Source of the DNA: Alphaproteobacteria bacterium SS10
Lineage (GTDB): Bacteria; Pseudomonadota; Alphaproteobacteria; TMED2
Assembly: GCA_019192455.1 (NCBI GenBank)
Contig: JAHCML010000005.1
Span: 50,277 to 114,276, forward strand
Direction: 5' to 3'
Length of the DNA: 64,000 bases
Shown in pieces: positions 26,116 through 36,255 of this stretch. The notes below the pieces were generated by a model. That model was not told the DNA's origin. It did no database searches and was given only the letters and a program-made list of their open reading frames with translations. Position 1 is the first letter of the stretch. Every line of letters begins with the position of its first letter. The position numbers were made by a program, and so were the translations under genes.

Positions 26116-26361
26116 GGATGTATCTCCTCTATCGACCTTGTTTATGACGGGTCGGCCCGGCTGTGTCTGAGCCGTGGGAAACCAACTTACCGTCTTGCCC
26201 CCCAATGGGGCGATGCGCCTGACGCGTTTACTGGTGCATTATCGAACAGGTGCGCATGCCATATACGACGGCTGCTCGCGCAACGCGAGTCCTAGCCGTC
26301 GAAATATGACGATTTCTCAACTATATCGCGCAAAGGCGAGGGGTCACAAGCCAACCGGCGA

Positions 26362-28326
26362 TTAACTCGCCGCGTCAGCTCGCTCTAGTGGAGATTTTGA
26401 GGCCTCAAGCAGCATCTCAATCGTATCATCGAGTGACTCGACGGTCTGGCCCTGCTCACCCAAGGTACGGATCGCAACGGTGCGTTGCTCAACCTCACGG
26501 CCACCAACTGCCAAGATATATGGGATCTTCTGCAGCGAGTGCTCGCGCACCTTGTAGCCAATCTTCTCATTACGCAGATCGGTTTCAACTCGCAGGCCCT
26601 TCGCCCGCATCATGGCGGCGATCTCCATGGCGTAATCATCGCCCTCAGAGGTGATGGTGGTCACCATTGCCTGGGTCGGTGCGAGCCATAGCGGCAGCTT
26701 GCCGGCATAGTGCTCGATCAAGATGCCGGTAAACCGCTCCAGTGAGCCGAACAGCGCACGGTGCAACATCACCGGCACATGCTTCTCACCATCGGCACCG
26801 ATATAGAACGCGCCCAAACGGCCAGGCAGGTTCAAATCAACCTGGACCGTGCCGCATTGCCAGTCACGACCGATGGCATCCCGCAGCACGAACTCAAGCT
26901 TCGGACCGTAGAATGCGCCCTCACCAGGGTTGGTGGTGTAGGGCAGGCCGCTTGAATCAACCGCTGTTTTCAATGCTGCTTCTGATTTGTCCCAGATCTC
27001 ATCCGACCCAATCCGCTTTTCTGGGCGGTCAGAGAACTTGATCCGCACTTCCTCGAAGCCAAAGTCACGATAGATATCGAGGACTAGCTGACAGACGATC
27101 TGACACTCTTCGGTGATCTGATCTTCGGTACAGAAGATATGCGCATCATCCTGAGTGAAGGCGCGCACACGCATCAGGCCATGCAGGGCACCTGACGGCT
27201 CAAAGCGGTGGACCTTACCGAACTCACCAATGCGCAGCGGCAGTTCACGATAGCTGCGCAGGCCTTGTTTGAAGACCTCGACACCGCCCGGGCAGTTCAT
27301 TGGCTTCAGCGCGAAGACCCGGTCTTCTTTGGCCTGGGTGGTGAACATGTTCTCACCGAATTTCTCCCAGTGGCCTGAGCGTTCCCACAGGCTGCGATCC
27401 ATGATGTCTGGCGTGTTAATCTCAACATAGTCGGCGCGGTTTTGGCGCTCACGCATGTAGTCGATCAGGGCCTGGAACACCGTCCAGCCTTTCGGGTGCC
27501 AGAAGACAGCACCGGGCGCCTCTTCCTGGAAGTGGAAAAGGTTCATCTCTTTGCCCAGCTTACGGTGGTCGCGCTTCGCGGCCTCCTCCAGCATGGTTAG
27601 ATGGGCGTCGAGTTCTTTCTTATCGCGCCAGGCGGTACCGTAGATGCGGGTCAGCATCGCGCGGTTGCTATCACCACGCCAATAAGCGCCTGCCACTTTG
27701 GTTAGCTTGAAGGCATCGCCGATATCGCCGGTTGAGCGCATATGCGGGCCACGGCAGAGGTCGAGCCACTCACCTTGTTTATAGACGGTGATCGTCTCGC
27801 TGGCCGGTAGGTCGCGGATCAGCTCAGCCTTATAGCTTTCGCCCTTATCTTCGAAGAACTTGATCGCGTCGTCGCGGTCCCAAGCTTCACGCTCAAATGG
27901 GGCGTTGCGCTTGATGATCTCACGCATCTTGGCTTCGATCTTCGGCAGATCTTCCGTCGTAAACGGCTCTTCACGAGCAAAGTCGTAATAGAAGCCGTTC
28001 TCAATCGCCGGGCCGATGGTGACCTGGGTGCCGGGATACAGCTCCTGCACCGCTTCAGCCATCACATGGGCCGCGTCGTGGCGGATCATCTCCAGCGCTT
28101 CTTCAGACTTCTTGGTGATAATCTCGAGTTTAGCGTCTTCGTTGATCGGCAGATTCAGATCAACCAGCTCACCATCCACCTTTACCGCGAGCGCAGCCTT
28201 ACCCAGGCTGGTCGCAATCGACTTCGCCATGTCGCCACCAGTGGTGCCAGTCGGATAGGTGCGGGTCGCGCCATCCGGCAGGGTCATGGTGATTTCAGCA
28301 ACTTTGGCTTCAGCGAGGTCGGACAT
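26362..28326 (-). CDS. thrS: Threonine--tRNA ligase
   Basis: TGS-domain start ([13 protein letters not shown]), class II motifs, full length of about 650 aa. ATG at 28326 chosen over the GTG at 28344. Confidence 0.95.
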   Translation of the reverse strand: MSDLAEAKVAEITMTLPDGATRTYPTGTTGGDMAKSIATSLGKAALAVKVDGELVDLNLPINEDAKLEIITKKSEEALEMIRHDAAHVMAEAVQELYPGTQVTIGPAIENGFYYDFAREEPFTTEDLPKIEAKMREIIKRNAPFEREAWDRDDAIKFFEDKGESYKAELIRDLPASETITVYKQGEWLDLCRGPHMRSTGDIGDAFKLTKVAGAYWRGDSNRAMLTRIYGTAWRDKKELDAHLTMLEEAAKRDHRKLGKEMNLFHFQEEAPGAVFWHPKGWTVFQALIDYMRERQNRADYVEINTPDIMDRSLWERSGHWEKFGENMFTTQAKEDRVFALKPMNCPGGVEVFKQGLRSYRELPLRIGEFGKVHRFEPSGALHGLMRVRAFTQDDAHIFCTEDQITEECQIVCQLVLDIYRDFGFEEVRIKFSDRPEKRIGSDEIWDKSEAALKTAVDSSGLPYTTNPGEGAFYGPKLEFVLRDAIGRDWQCGTVQVDLNLPGRLGAFYIGADGEKHVPVMLHRALFGSLERFTGILIEHYAGKLPLWLAPTQAMVTTITSEGDDYAMEIAAMMRAKGLRVETDLRNEKIGYKVREHSLQKIPYILAVGGREVEQRTVAIRTLGEQGQTVESLDDTIEMLLEASKSPLERADAAS

Positions 28327-28499
28327 GGAGGTGCCTTTCAACACGGTCGTTACGATGATGGATCATCACAATCCCGAGGAATACCGCGCCCACGCGGCCT
28401 TGGCTAGGGGCATCAAGGCCGCAACGTTTCAAGCTTGTTATGCGGTGAACGCGTGGTTTTGGTGGGCCTGGGCCCCAAAATGCCCTTTATTAGCGTTAC

Positions 28500-28991
28500 A
28501 TGATCATGCTTCAGGAGGATATCGGAGCCGTGGCACGCGCATTTTTGTTTGGTTTGATGGCGATGGCTCTGTTGCTGTCCACCCCGATTTCCGAGGCTAA
28601 GGCCCAGCAGTTCCAGGGCGGTGAGGCAGGCGCTTTCCAGCAGTTCCAGCGGGTTCAGCCCCGCGCGGTGCCGTTTGGCGGAGAGCAGGCGGTGATGTGT
28701 GTTCGTGACCGCGAGATCCAGCGTACCGGCAGCCGTACCTGTATCTATAGCTGCGATAACGGCAGCTCGATCAGTCGTCAGATTTCACGCACAAGGTTCT
28801 GCGAGACTTCCTTCCAAACGACCCAACGGTCATTGCTGAACGAGATCCAGAATATTGAGCCAACCCAATGTCGCTTGCGTCGGTTACGTCAAACCCGCAC
28901 CGATAAAATCTGCATCTATGATTGTGGTGGTGAAACGGTGAACCTACCGGTGGCCCACAGCCAGACCTGTGACCGGCGGTATTCTCGTTAA
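28500..28991 (+). CDS. Secreted protein with two 4-Cys repeats
   Basis: Signal peptide ...LLLSTPISEAKA, then two copies of the pattern C-x13-C-IY-x-C-x(13-15)-C. No known family recognised. Confidence 0.6.
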   Translation: MIMLQEDIGAVARAFLFGLMAMALLLSTPISEAKAQQFQGGEAGAFQQFQRVQPRAVPFGGEQAVMCVRDREIQRTGSRTCIYSCDNGSSISRQISRTRFCETSFQTTQRSLLNEIQNIEPTQCRLRRLRQTRTDKICIYDCGGETVNLPVAHSQTCDRRYSR

Positions 28992-29012
28992 GGGGTTTTG
29001 AGGGGCCGGATT

Positions 29013-30074
29013 TTAGACCGGCTCTTCCTCATCCTGACCCATCGCCTTTTGCGCGGCTTTCCAAACCTTCTCAATGGGCAGCCGGTCGAGGCTAGCCTCT
29101 TGCAGTGTCGTGACCGCAGGGCCGATTGGTGCGCTGAGATAGGGTGAGGATGCGCCGGAGAACAGCACCACTGAGGGGCAACCGGCCGCACCAATCAGGT
29201 GCATAGGTCCTGTATCATTGCCAACGGCGAGCACCGCCGCGCGGCCCAATGATGCCAAATCAAACAGGCTGGTCTTACCCGTAAGGTTCAGTGCTTCGGG
29301 ACAAGCGGCGCCAATCTCGCGCGTCACCACACCCTCTGATGGTGTGCCCAGTAGAACCGGCCGGAAACCATCATTGATCAGGCGATCACAGAGGCTGATG
29401 TAGTGTTGCTGAGGCCAGCGTTTTTCTGGTCGATGCGGTGCACTGCCCGGCACGATCAGGGCTGACTTCTCCGGTAAGCCGAAGGGGCTTACGTCGGTTT
29501 CCATCCAACCCACATCGGGTAGTGGGATATCCTTGAAGCCAAGCGCCGCAAGCTGATCCTGGTGGCGGTCAAAGGCATGGCGGGTTGGCGGGCGCGGGTC
29601 TTCAAAAGGGAAGGTGGCGCTCGCCGCGGAGCCCGACCAAGCTGGTGCTGGCTGCGGCCAGAACAGCTTGTGATAGATCGCCGTCCGGTCGTTGTTCTGT
29701 AGGTCATAGACCATGTCGAACTGACCCTGGCGCAGCTGTTTGCGGAGGCCCATCCAACGGCCGATCTCATGCCAGCCAGGACGCTTATCAACCAGAACCT
29801 CATCAAACAGGCCACATCGGCGGCCAATCTCGGCGTAGGCGCCAGTGGTTAGGAGTGTGAGATGGGCATCTTGATGGCGCTCGCGGATCGCTTGAAAGGG
29901 GCCAAGCGCGATGATCATGTCACCCAGGGCGCCCAGCTTAATGACCAAGACGCGGCGCGCCTGATCGATCTGGCTTAAATCTGCAGCCGGAGCCCCGTTG
30001 CCGGTATCTGTGCCGTTCTCGGCCTGGCTGTTGGTGCTGCCATCACTGCGTTGGGGAATATCAATCGTTGCCAT
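29013..30074 (-). CDS. Glycosyltransferase family 9 (LPS heptosyltransferase-like)
   Basis: VLVIKLGALGDMI N-terminal motif and C-terminal VGNDTGPMHLIGAAGCP. Confidence 0.85.
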   Translation of the reverse strand: MATIDIPQRSDGSTNSQAENGTDTGNGAPAADLSQIDQARRVLVIKLGALGDMIIALGPFQAIRERHQDAHLTLLTTGAYAEIGRRCGLFDEVLVDKRPGWHEIGRWMGLRKQLRQGQFDMVYDLQNNDRTAIYHKLFWPQPAPAWSGSAASATFPFEDPRPPTRHAFDRHQDQLAALGFKDIPLPDVGWMETDVSPFGLPEKSALIVPGSAPHRPEKRWPQQHYISLCDRLINDGFRPVLLGTPSEGVVTREIGAACPEALNLTGKTSLFDLASLGRAAVLAVGNDTGPMHLIGAAGCPSVVLFSGASSPYLSAPIGPAVTTLQEASLDRLPIEKVWKAAQKAMGQDEEEPV

Positions 30075-30186
30075 TGATGAAGCTGCTAAATCTTACGAAT
30101 GGGCGGGCCGACTTGGTGGGCGCTTACAAAAACTAAGCCGTCTGATTACGCCTTGGCCGCCAACTAATCTAATAGTTTTGTGCCAT

Positions 30187-31533
30187 TTACCTTTCTGGCG
30201 GTGGGTCCGTTCCCACATCGGTCAGTGAGGCAGGTAGATCGGCTGACGATAATGGGCCCTGATCAATTACCATCTCAGCATCGTAAAGGCTGGCGACCAG
30301 AAGTTCGTCATAGAGCGCTAAGGTGGCGTTGCACATATGATCTTTAGTGAACCGGCTTTGGATCGTCTGCATGCCCCGGCGCCCCATCTCCTCAAGCAGG
30401 TGATCGGGCAAAGACAGGGTGCGCGAGATTGCGTCCGCTAGGGCATCTGCATCGCCTGCTGGGACAACCCAGCCGGTCTCGCCATGGGCCACAAGCTCTG
30501 GCGGTGCACCTTCATCGCTAACAATAACCGGTTTGCCCATGGCCATGGCCTCAGCCACTGTCCGGCCAAAGCCCTCTGGCACGAGGGAGGGGCACACTAC
30601 CAAATCGGCAATGGCGTAGACGGCGGCCATATCGTCACTTGGACCAACCAGGCGAATGGTCAGACCAAGGCCCGCCTGTTCGATCTGCTTCTGCAGCTCT
30701 TTCGCGAAAGCGGGTTTATCGTCGCTGGACCCGACCATCAGTACGGTGAGGTCTTCCCGGCCCAGCTGGCTTAGCGCCTCAACCAGAACCTTATGACCCT
30801 TAATGCGGCTAACACGACCCGGCAGGACAATCACCGGCATATCGGTGGCGATGGCCCAGTCCTGGACCACAGACTTGATCCGTTTTGCCCCTACCCGCTC
30901 TGGGTGGAAGGTGGTGGTGTCGACACCGCGGGGGATAGTCCGTAGTCGGTGTGGGTTCATCTCATAGGTATCGGCCACATGGCGGGCGATGAAGTCGGAG
31001 ACGGCAATCACCACATCACCCATCGCCATGACCGAGTTATAGGCACGCTTCCAGCCCGAACTATGGCCGTAGGCGGCATGGAAGGTGGTGATGAAATGGG
31101 CACCCATATTCCTGGCGGCCCGCATGGCCGACCAGGCCGGTGCCCGGCTGCGGGCATGGACGATATCGACCTGATGCGCCTCAATCACCGCTTCCAGGCG
31201 CTTGATATTGCGCCAGATCGTCAGCGGGTTCTTAGATTTCAGCGGCAGGGTTACGTGCTTAATACCGGCCCGGCGCAACTGCTTAACCATCGGCCCGCCA
31301 CTGGACGCGACAATAGCCGTGCCGCCAGCCGAGAGTAGGGCGCGGGCAATCTCTACGGTCCCACGCTCAACGCCGCCTGATACCAGTGAGGGCAGAACCT
31401 GAAGCACGACCGGCCGGCCGCTGCCTGAGGGTTCAGGTATCTCAGGCTGGCGCCGCCGCCTGCGCCGCCGCATTGGCGGTTTGCCGGGCTTGGCGGTGCG
31501 TTTGCCCTTATCTAGATGTCGTGCGTGGCGCAT
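30187..31533 (-). CDS. Glycosyltransferase family 4
   Basis: LPSLVSGGVERGTVEIA N-terminus and EGFGRTVAEAMAMGKPVIVSD motif. Start uncertain (M1 or M21). Confidence 0.85.
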   Translation of the reverse strand: MRHARHLDKGKRTAKPGKPPMRRRRRRRQPEIPEPSGSGRPVVLQVLPSLVSGGVERGTVEIARALLSAGGTAIVASSGGPMVKQLRRAGIKHVTLPLKSKNPLTIWRNIKRLEAVIEAHQVDIVHARSRAPAWSAMRAARNMGAHFITTFHAAYGHSSGWKRAYNSVMAMGDVVIAVSDFIARHVADTYEMNPHRLRTIPRGVDTTTFHPERVGAKRIKSVVQDWAIATDMPVIVLPGRVSRIKGHKVLVEALSQLGREDLTVLMVGSSDDKPAFAKELQKQIEQAGLGLTIRLVGPSDDMAAVYAIADLVVCPSLVPEGFGRTVAEAMAMGKPVIVSDEGAPPELVAHGETGWVVPAGDADALADAISRTLSLPDHLLEEMGRRGMQTIQSRFTKDHMCNATLALYDELLVASLYDAEMVIDQGPLSSADLPASLTDVGTDPPPER

Positions 31534-31762
31534 GGTTTCGCGTCGCTGGCGGTTTCAAGCCGACAATCAGGGGAAGGCCGGTGGTGATCTCTGTCAGATA
31601 TATTGGACCGGCGCGGTTGTCACCTGCAACCACCAGCCATTTCCAGCTATCTCACGGGCATCCCAATTGACCGATCTGGCTTAGCTGCTACACAGGGGTT
31701 CGATCAGATTTATTGAGGCCTCGACGTCACCTCAAGGCGCGGGACTCAAATGAGGTAACGCC

Positions 31763-32539
31763 ATGTCATCGCCTGAATTTTTGAGCCTGCCAGATGGTCG
31801 GAAGATCGCCTATCACCGCACGGTGGCGCCGGGTGCCGAGGCTGGGCCCTGGGCCGTTTTTCTAGGTGGCTTCCGCTCCGACATGACCGGGACCAAGGCG
31901 ACGTTTTTTGAAGATGAGTGCCGTAGGGCCGGGGTTTCCTTCCTTCGATTCGACTATACGGGCCACGGTGAGTCATCCGGTGATTTCGCTGAAGGGTGTA
32001 TCGGTGATTGGACCCAAGATGCCATCGATGCCGTTGATCACCTGACCGAGGGCAAGCTGATCCTAATTGGATCCTCCATGGGCGGTTGGATCATGCTGAA
32101 CGTCGCCTTAGCCCGGCTGGATCGGCTGGCGGCAATCATGGGCTTGGCCTCCGCGCCGGACTTCACCGAGGATTTGATGTTCGCCTCCATGACCGCGGAG
32201 GAGAAGGAAGCGCTGAAACGCGATGGCCGGATTGAACAGCCGAACGATTACAGCGATGAGCCGTATCTGATCACCAACCACCTGATTGAGGAGGGGCGTA
32301 ACCATCTGCGGCTTCGCGAGCCTATGCCGATTGATGTGCCGATACGCCTAGTCCACGGCATGCGCGATACCGACGTGCCGTGGTGCCTAAGCTCAAAGAT
32401 TATGGATCTGGTGAGTAGCGAAGATGCCGAATTGCTACTGCTTAAGAACGGCGACCACCGCCTCTCCGACCCATACTGCTTGAGCCGGCTGTCGCAAGTG
32501 ATTGGACCTCTTCTTGCGGAATTTTCGGCTTCCGGCTGA
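31763..32539 (+). CDS. Alpha/beta hydrolase
   Basis: GSSMGG nucleophile elbow, C-terminal GDHRL His motif, GAGGT SD. Confidence 0.8.
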   Translation: MSSPEFLSLPDGRKIAYHRTVAPGAEAGPWAVFLGGFRSDMTGTKATFFEDECRRAGVSFLRFDYTGHGESSGDFAEGCIGDWTQDAIDAVDHLTEGKLILIGSSMGGWIMLNVALARLDRLAAIMGLASAPDFTEDLMFASMTAEEKEALKRDGRIEQPNDYSDEPYLITNHLIEEGRNHLRLREPMPIDVPIRLVHGMRDTDVPWCLSSKIMDLVSSEDAELLLLKNGDHRLSDPYCLSRLSQVIGPLLAEFSASG

Positions 32540-32825
32540 GATAGGCCAGCAGGAAGAAAAAGACGCTTAGGCCAAGCGGCGTCGCGAAGGCGGGGCTGGC
32601 CAGATAGGGCTCGCCATATTCAAGCCAATTGCGACCACCGACCAGGTTCTGCATCTGGGCAATCATGGCCTGTTGGCTGTCTGCGCCAAACATGATCAGC
32701 AAGAGCTGTGACACCGATGCGAAATCGATCTGATTGGTCTCAAGGTAGTAAAGCGCATCAAACGCAAGCGCACCGCCGGTGCCGAGCAGAAAGATAAAGC
32801 CGATAAGGAAGAACAGGATGCCCAT
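32442..32825 (-). CDS. Small membrane protein
   Basis: Two clear TM helices (ILFFLIGFIFLLGTGGALAF; LGLSVFFFLLAYL). The 3' end overlaps the convergent hydrolase gene by 98 nt. Confidence 0.5.
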   Translation of the reverse strand: MGILFFLIGFIFLLGTGGALAFDALYYLETNQIDFASVSQLLLIMFGADSQQAMIAQMQNLVGGRNWLEYGEPYLASPAFATPLGLSVFFFLLAYLSRKPKIPQEEVQSLATAGSSSMGRRGGGRRS

Positions 32826-33203
32826 GGTGAACCCCGATAACGCTCTCTACTCCCGGTTTTCTTAATCTGACCGGTGCGCGTTTGTGTTTGCCTCGCCGTC
32901 GATGAACGCTGAAGAGCGTCATGCGGCCCATACCCACGAGTAAGAGGGTAGGCGGCCCGTGGTAACGGTTGCAAGCGCTGATCGTTTGCATCATCGCTTT
33001 TATTGGCCGCCGCTTGGTTTGCGCCATAGCCATCTCGAGCGGGTGAAGTGGCGCGGTATGGGTCACAAAGCCGACTTTTGGCCAATTAGTTTGGGTTTTG
33101 CCCACAAAACCAGTGAAACCTCCCTTGCCATGAATGAGGCCATTGGCCTAATGTCCCGCCGCTCGCTGCCGAGGTTCCGACAAACCCGGTGCGGCGATGC
33201 GTT

Positions 33204-33293
33204 GGTGAGGTGGCCGAGTGGTTTAAGGCGCACGCCTGGAACGCGTGTATAGGGGAAACTCTATCGTGGGTTCGAATCCCACCCTCACCGCCA
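33204..33293 (+). tRNA. tRNA-Ser (anticodon GGA), CCA encoded
   Basis: Acceptor GGTGAGG/CCTCACC, anticodon stem CACGC/GCGTG with loop CTGGAAC, long variable arm, T-loop GGTTCGAATCC, 3' GCCA. Confidence 0.9.
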
Positions 33294-33330
33294 TTGCGCG
33301 TCTATCCTGTATCTAGCTAGGCAATCAGAT

Positions 33331-36255
33331 ATGGCCGGTAAGCGCCGCAAATCTAAGCCACATGGCCGATTTCTAGTCGTTGATACCGAACTACAGACCA
33401 AGATTGGCCACAATTTCAATGCCACCAGCCGGGTTGCTAGGGCTGCGATCGATTTCGGCTTTGACCAGGTTGTCATCGGGTGCAACCGTCATTTCTCCGC
33501 TGCCCCAGCTGCGGCTCTGGATGTCGAGGGCACCAACATTGATGTGGTGCCTGGCTTTTCATCCCAGGCTTATGACCTCTTCACCGACCAATCCTTCAGC
33601 CCCTCGCTGAATGCCAACAGCATTCATTACGGCGTCTATAACGCAAAGGCACTCTATGCTGAGTTGAGTGGATTTTTGGATCAGGTCGAGGCGACGAGCC
33701 AGGATCTGCTCTACTTCCACACCTTTTCTTTGGCGACAGCAGAGGCGGTGCTGCGCCTTTTGCGCAATCGGGCGCCGGCACAGACCCCGACCATTCATGC
33801 CCTTGTCTATATGAAGCCGCACCTCCTGCAGTTGTCGGAGGTAAAACAATCGAAGTTTCCCGGCATCCTGGACCGCTTTGCGGCTGAAGGGTTCCTCGAC
33901 ACCAAAATCTTCTTCCATGTTGAGACCAAGCGGTTGCAGCAGGCCTATGCAGAGCTTGGCTTCGACTTCCCGGTTCTTTTTGGTCCTATCTCAACCCCAG
34001 CTGCGGTGACTGATGCCAAAAGCCGCAAGAAGGAAGCGAAGCAGCGCCAGGTTGCGTTCTTAGGCGAGGCCCGGGCGGAGAAAGGTTTCTGGATCCTGGC
34101 GGAGATCATCAATATCTTCGCGCATCGCTATCCCGGCATGCTGAAGAAGACCAAGTTTGTCATCCAGTGTGAGGCCAATGGCGATAACCAAGCCCATCCG
34201 TGGGTTCAGGAATCCATCGATCGGCTGAAGAGGATCGCCAAGCTTCACGACAACATCTCGCTTATCTCCTCTGTTGAGAAATCGGAGTATGAGGCACTGA
34301 TTGCCGAGAGCGACATCATTCTGCTGCCCTATGATTTGGAGGCTTATGAATGCCGTGGCTCCGGCGTTGCCTATGAGGCCCTCGCTTATGGCCAGAGCCT
34401 TATTGTTCCGGCTGACACCGATATTGATGTCAGCTTCGATTTCCCGAACGTCATTGCCGCTGACAATTACTGCCCTGAGACCTTCGCTGAACGGATTTAC
34501 GACGCTGTGAAAATGCCCCAGTCGCAATGGCTGGAAGCATCCAAAGAGGCGATCGCCTATATCGAGCAATTCAATGGGCCCGGTTTTATCAGCCGCCTTG
34601 TCGATGGTGCGAAAACACGCAGCGCCGCCGCCAAGAAGGCCGAGGCGAAACGCAGTGCGCCTAAGAAACGTGCGCTGCTGCTTTGTTGTGGCACACTCGA
34701 TGGCGGTGTCGGCATGGTGCAGAAGGCGCAGTTAAGCGCACTCTGTGATTTGGGTATTGATGTCGACTGCGTATTCTTGCCCTGGTCGCTCTCGACCATT
34801 CAGTCGTCATTCGAAGAAGCTGAGTTTTACAACAGCATCGATAACCGACGGGATGAGTTTGATATTCCCGAGGGCGCCGGGATCATCGCTTACACCCCTT
34901 ACGTTCTGTCGAAGACGAGTGTGGATGCCGAGCGGATCATCATGACGCTCAACGACCGGGTTAACGTCAACAGCTTCGAATCCTTTGAGTACCGAACCAC
35001 GTTGATCGACCCTGATTACTATGCCGAGTTTATTCGGGACCAAGAGTACGATTGGGCGATCGTCAACTATCCCTTCTATATTGGCGCGCTAGATTTACTG
35101 GGCGCCAAGTATAAGAAGCTGATCGTTGAGACCCACGATCTGCAGGCAAAACAGATGTATTTCCGACGGTTAAGCGCCGGGCGGCCTGAAGATACCGACA
35201 AGTACATTGAAAAAGACTACCGGGATGAGCTGGCGGCCTCCGGACAGGCTGATGCGCTGGTCCATATCAGTGAGCAGCTGCAGTCAAACTACGCGGGCGT
35301 TCCAGACAGCGTTAAGCAGACCACAATCAGGCCCTGCGTGCCCAAGGCGCAGATCGAGAAATGCCGTGAGCTAAGCCAAGCCGCCCATCGCATTTCAGAT
35401 GTTGGTCAGCTGACTTCCTACCTGACGATTGAGTCCCCGGAGGCCGGTCACGCCCTTCCAGAGTGGATGACCAATAGCGGTGCGAGTGGCCTGGACCTTG
35501 CCTTTATCGGCAGTTCCCACTTCTCCAACGTTGCCTCGCTCAGATGGTTTATCGACAGCGTTTATCTACCCATCCTTCGGCCCCTAGGCGTTAATTTCTC
35601 AGTGGCCGGTTCGATATGCGCTGATCTGGGCGATTATGGTGATCAGCTCTGGCGGTTAGGGCGCGTCCGGGATGCGGAGCCACTTCAGCTGGCAGCCCGC
35701 GTCAATGTTTTGGCGGTGGAAAACGGAACCGGCTTCCCGACCAAGGTGATTGAGACCTTATCCTTGGGTCAGGCATTCTCCGCGTCAGCTTATGGCTTTT
35801 ATGAGTTGGCAGATCAGGCGGCCAAATACTTCCCGGTGCTAGATGCCATCGATGATTGGGCAGACGATATCTTAGAGCAGCTGCTGTTAAGACCCGCGCG
35901 ATCAATCCGGGGCAAGGATGGTCGGCGCTTTGCTTCGAAGCATTTCTCACCGGCAAACTATCGCAATAGCTGGGCCAAGGTGCTTGGGCATCGTAAGGCT
36001 ATGCCGAAGGGCTTTGATGAAGACTTCTACCAGGGCACCGGTCATGCCGAGGTGAACCTTGAGCAGAGAATTCCGCTGTTAAACCAAGAGTTACTCAAGC
36101 GGCTACCCCCCAATCGACTACGCCGGTTACAGCGGCGCAACCCGGTCCTGAAGCGTTTGACCGGGGCCGTGAAAGATCACCGCATTGATAACTGGGTTGA
36201 TGGTGTCGTCGAAGATCTGAGCCGTTCGACAGACAAAGGGGCGGGTCAGAAATGA
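33331..36255 (+). CDS. Large (974 aa) protein with two GT-B-type glycosyltransferase-like halves
   Basis: VAFLGEARAEKGF...ILLPYDLEAYECRGSGVAYEALAYGQSLIVP resembles the GT1/GT4 C-terminal motif. A second similar segment reads LAFIGSSHFSN...NGTGFPTKVIETLSLGQAF. Confidence 0.65.
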   Translation: MAGKRRKSKPHGRFLVVDTELQTKIGHNFNATSRVARAAIDFGFDQVVIGCNRHFSAAPAAALDVEGTNIDVVPGFSSQAYDLFTDQSFSPSLNANSIHYGVYNAKALYAELSGFLDQVEATSQDLLYFHTFSLATAEAVLRLLRNRAPAQTPTIHALVYMKPHLLQLSEVKQSKFPGILDRFAAEGFLDTKIFFHVETKRLQQAYAELGFDFPVLFGPISTPAAVTDAKSRKKEAKQRQVAFLGEARAEKGFWILAEIINIFAHRYPGMLKKTKFVIQCEANGDNQAHPWVQESIDRLKRIAKLHDNISLISSVEKSEYEALIAESDIILLPYDLEAYECRGSGVAYEALAYGQSLIVPADTDIDVSFDFPNVIAADNYCPETFAERIYDAVKMPQSQWLEASKEAIAYIEQFNGPGFISRLVDGAKTRSAAAKKAEAKRSAPKKRALLLCCGTLDGGVGMVQKAQLSALCDLGIDVDCVFLPWSLSTIQSSFEEAEFYNSIDNRRDEFDIPEGAGIIAYTPYVLSKTSVDAERIIMTLNDRVNVNSFESFEYRTTLIDPDYYAEFIRDQEYDWAIVNYPFYIGALDLLGAKYKKLIVETHDLQAKQMYFRRLSAGRPEDTDKYIEKDYRDELAASGQADALVHISEQLQSNYAGVPDSVKQTTIRPCVPKAQIEKCRELSQAAHRISDVGQLTSYLTIESPEAGHALPEWMTNSGASGLDLAFIGSSHFSNVASLRWFIDSVYLPILRPLGVNFSVAGSICADLGDYGDQLWRLGRVRDAEPLQLAARVNVLAVENGTGFPTKVIETLSLGQAFSASAYGFYELADQAAKYFPVLDAIDDWADDILEQLLLRPARSIRGKDGRRFASKHFSPANYRNSWAKVLGHRKAMPKGFDEDFYQGTGHAEVNLEQRIPLLNQELLKRLPPNRLRRLQRRNPVLKRLTGAVKDHRIDNWVDGVVEDLSRSTDKGAGQK

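Noticed and set aside
26116-26205. Alternative infC starts: the TTG at 26205 (track ORF start) and the in-frame ATA at 26143-26145.
   Set aside because: Neither has an SD at a suitable distance. Both would add non-conserved residues ahead of the conserved RRPRF N-terminus.
32696-33252. ORFs 32696..33085(-), 32758..33105(-) and 32959..33252(+) next to the tRNA.
   Set aside because: They overlap one another and have nonsense-like composition. One runs into the tRNA-Ser gene.
34975-34983. A 9-nt match (TTCGAATCC) to the tRNA-Ser T-loop inside the large GT gene, considered as a possible attR-type direct repeat for the island.
   Set aside because: It is too short and covers only the universally conserved T-loop. 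It lies in the middle of an intact ORF, and no integrase is present. It is most likely chance.
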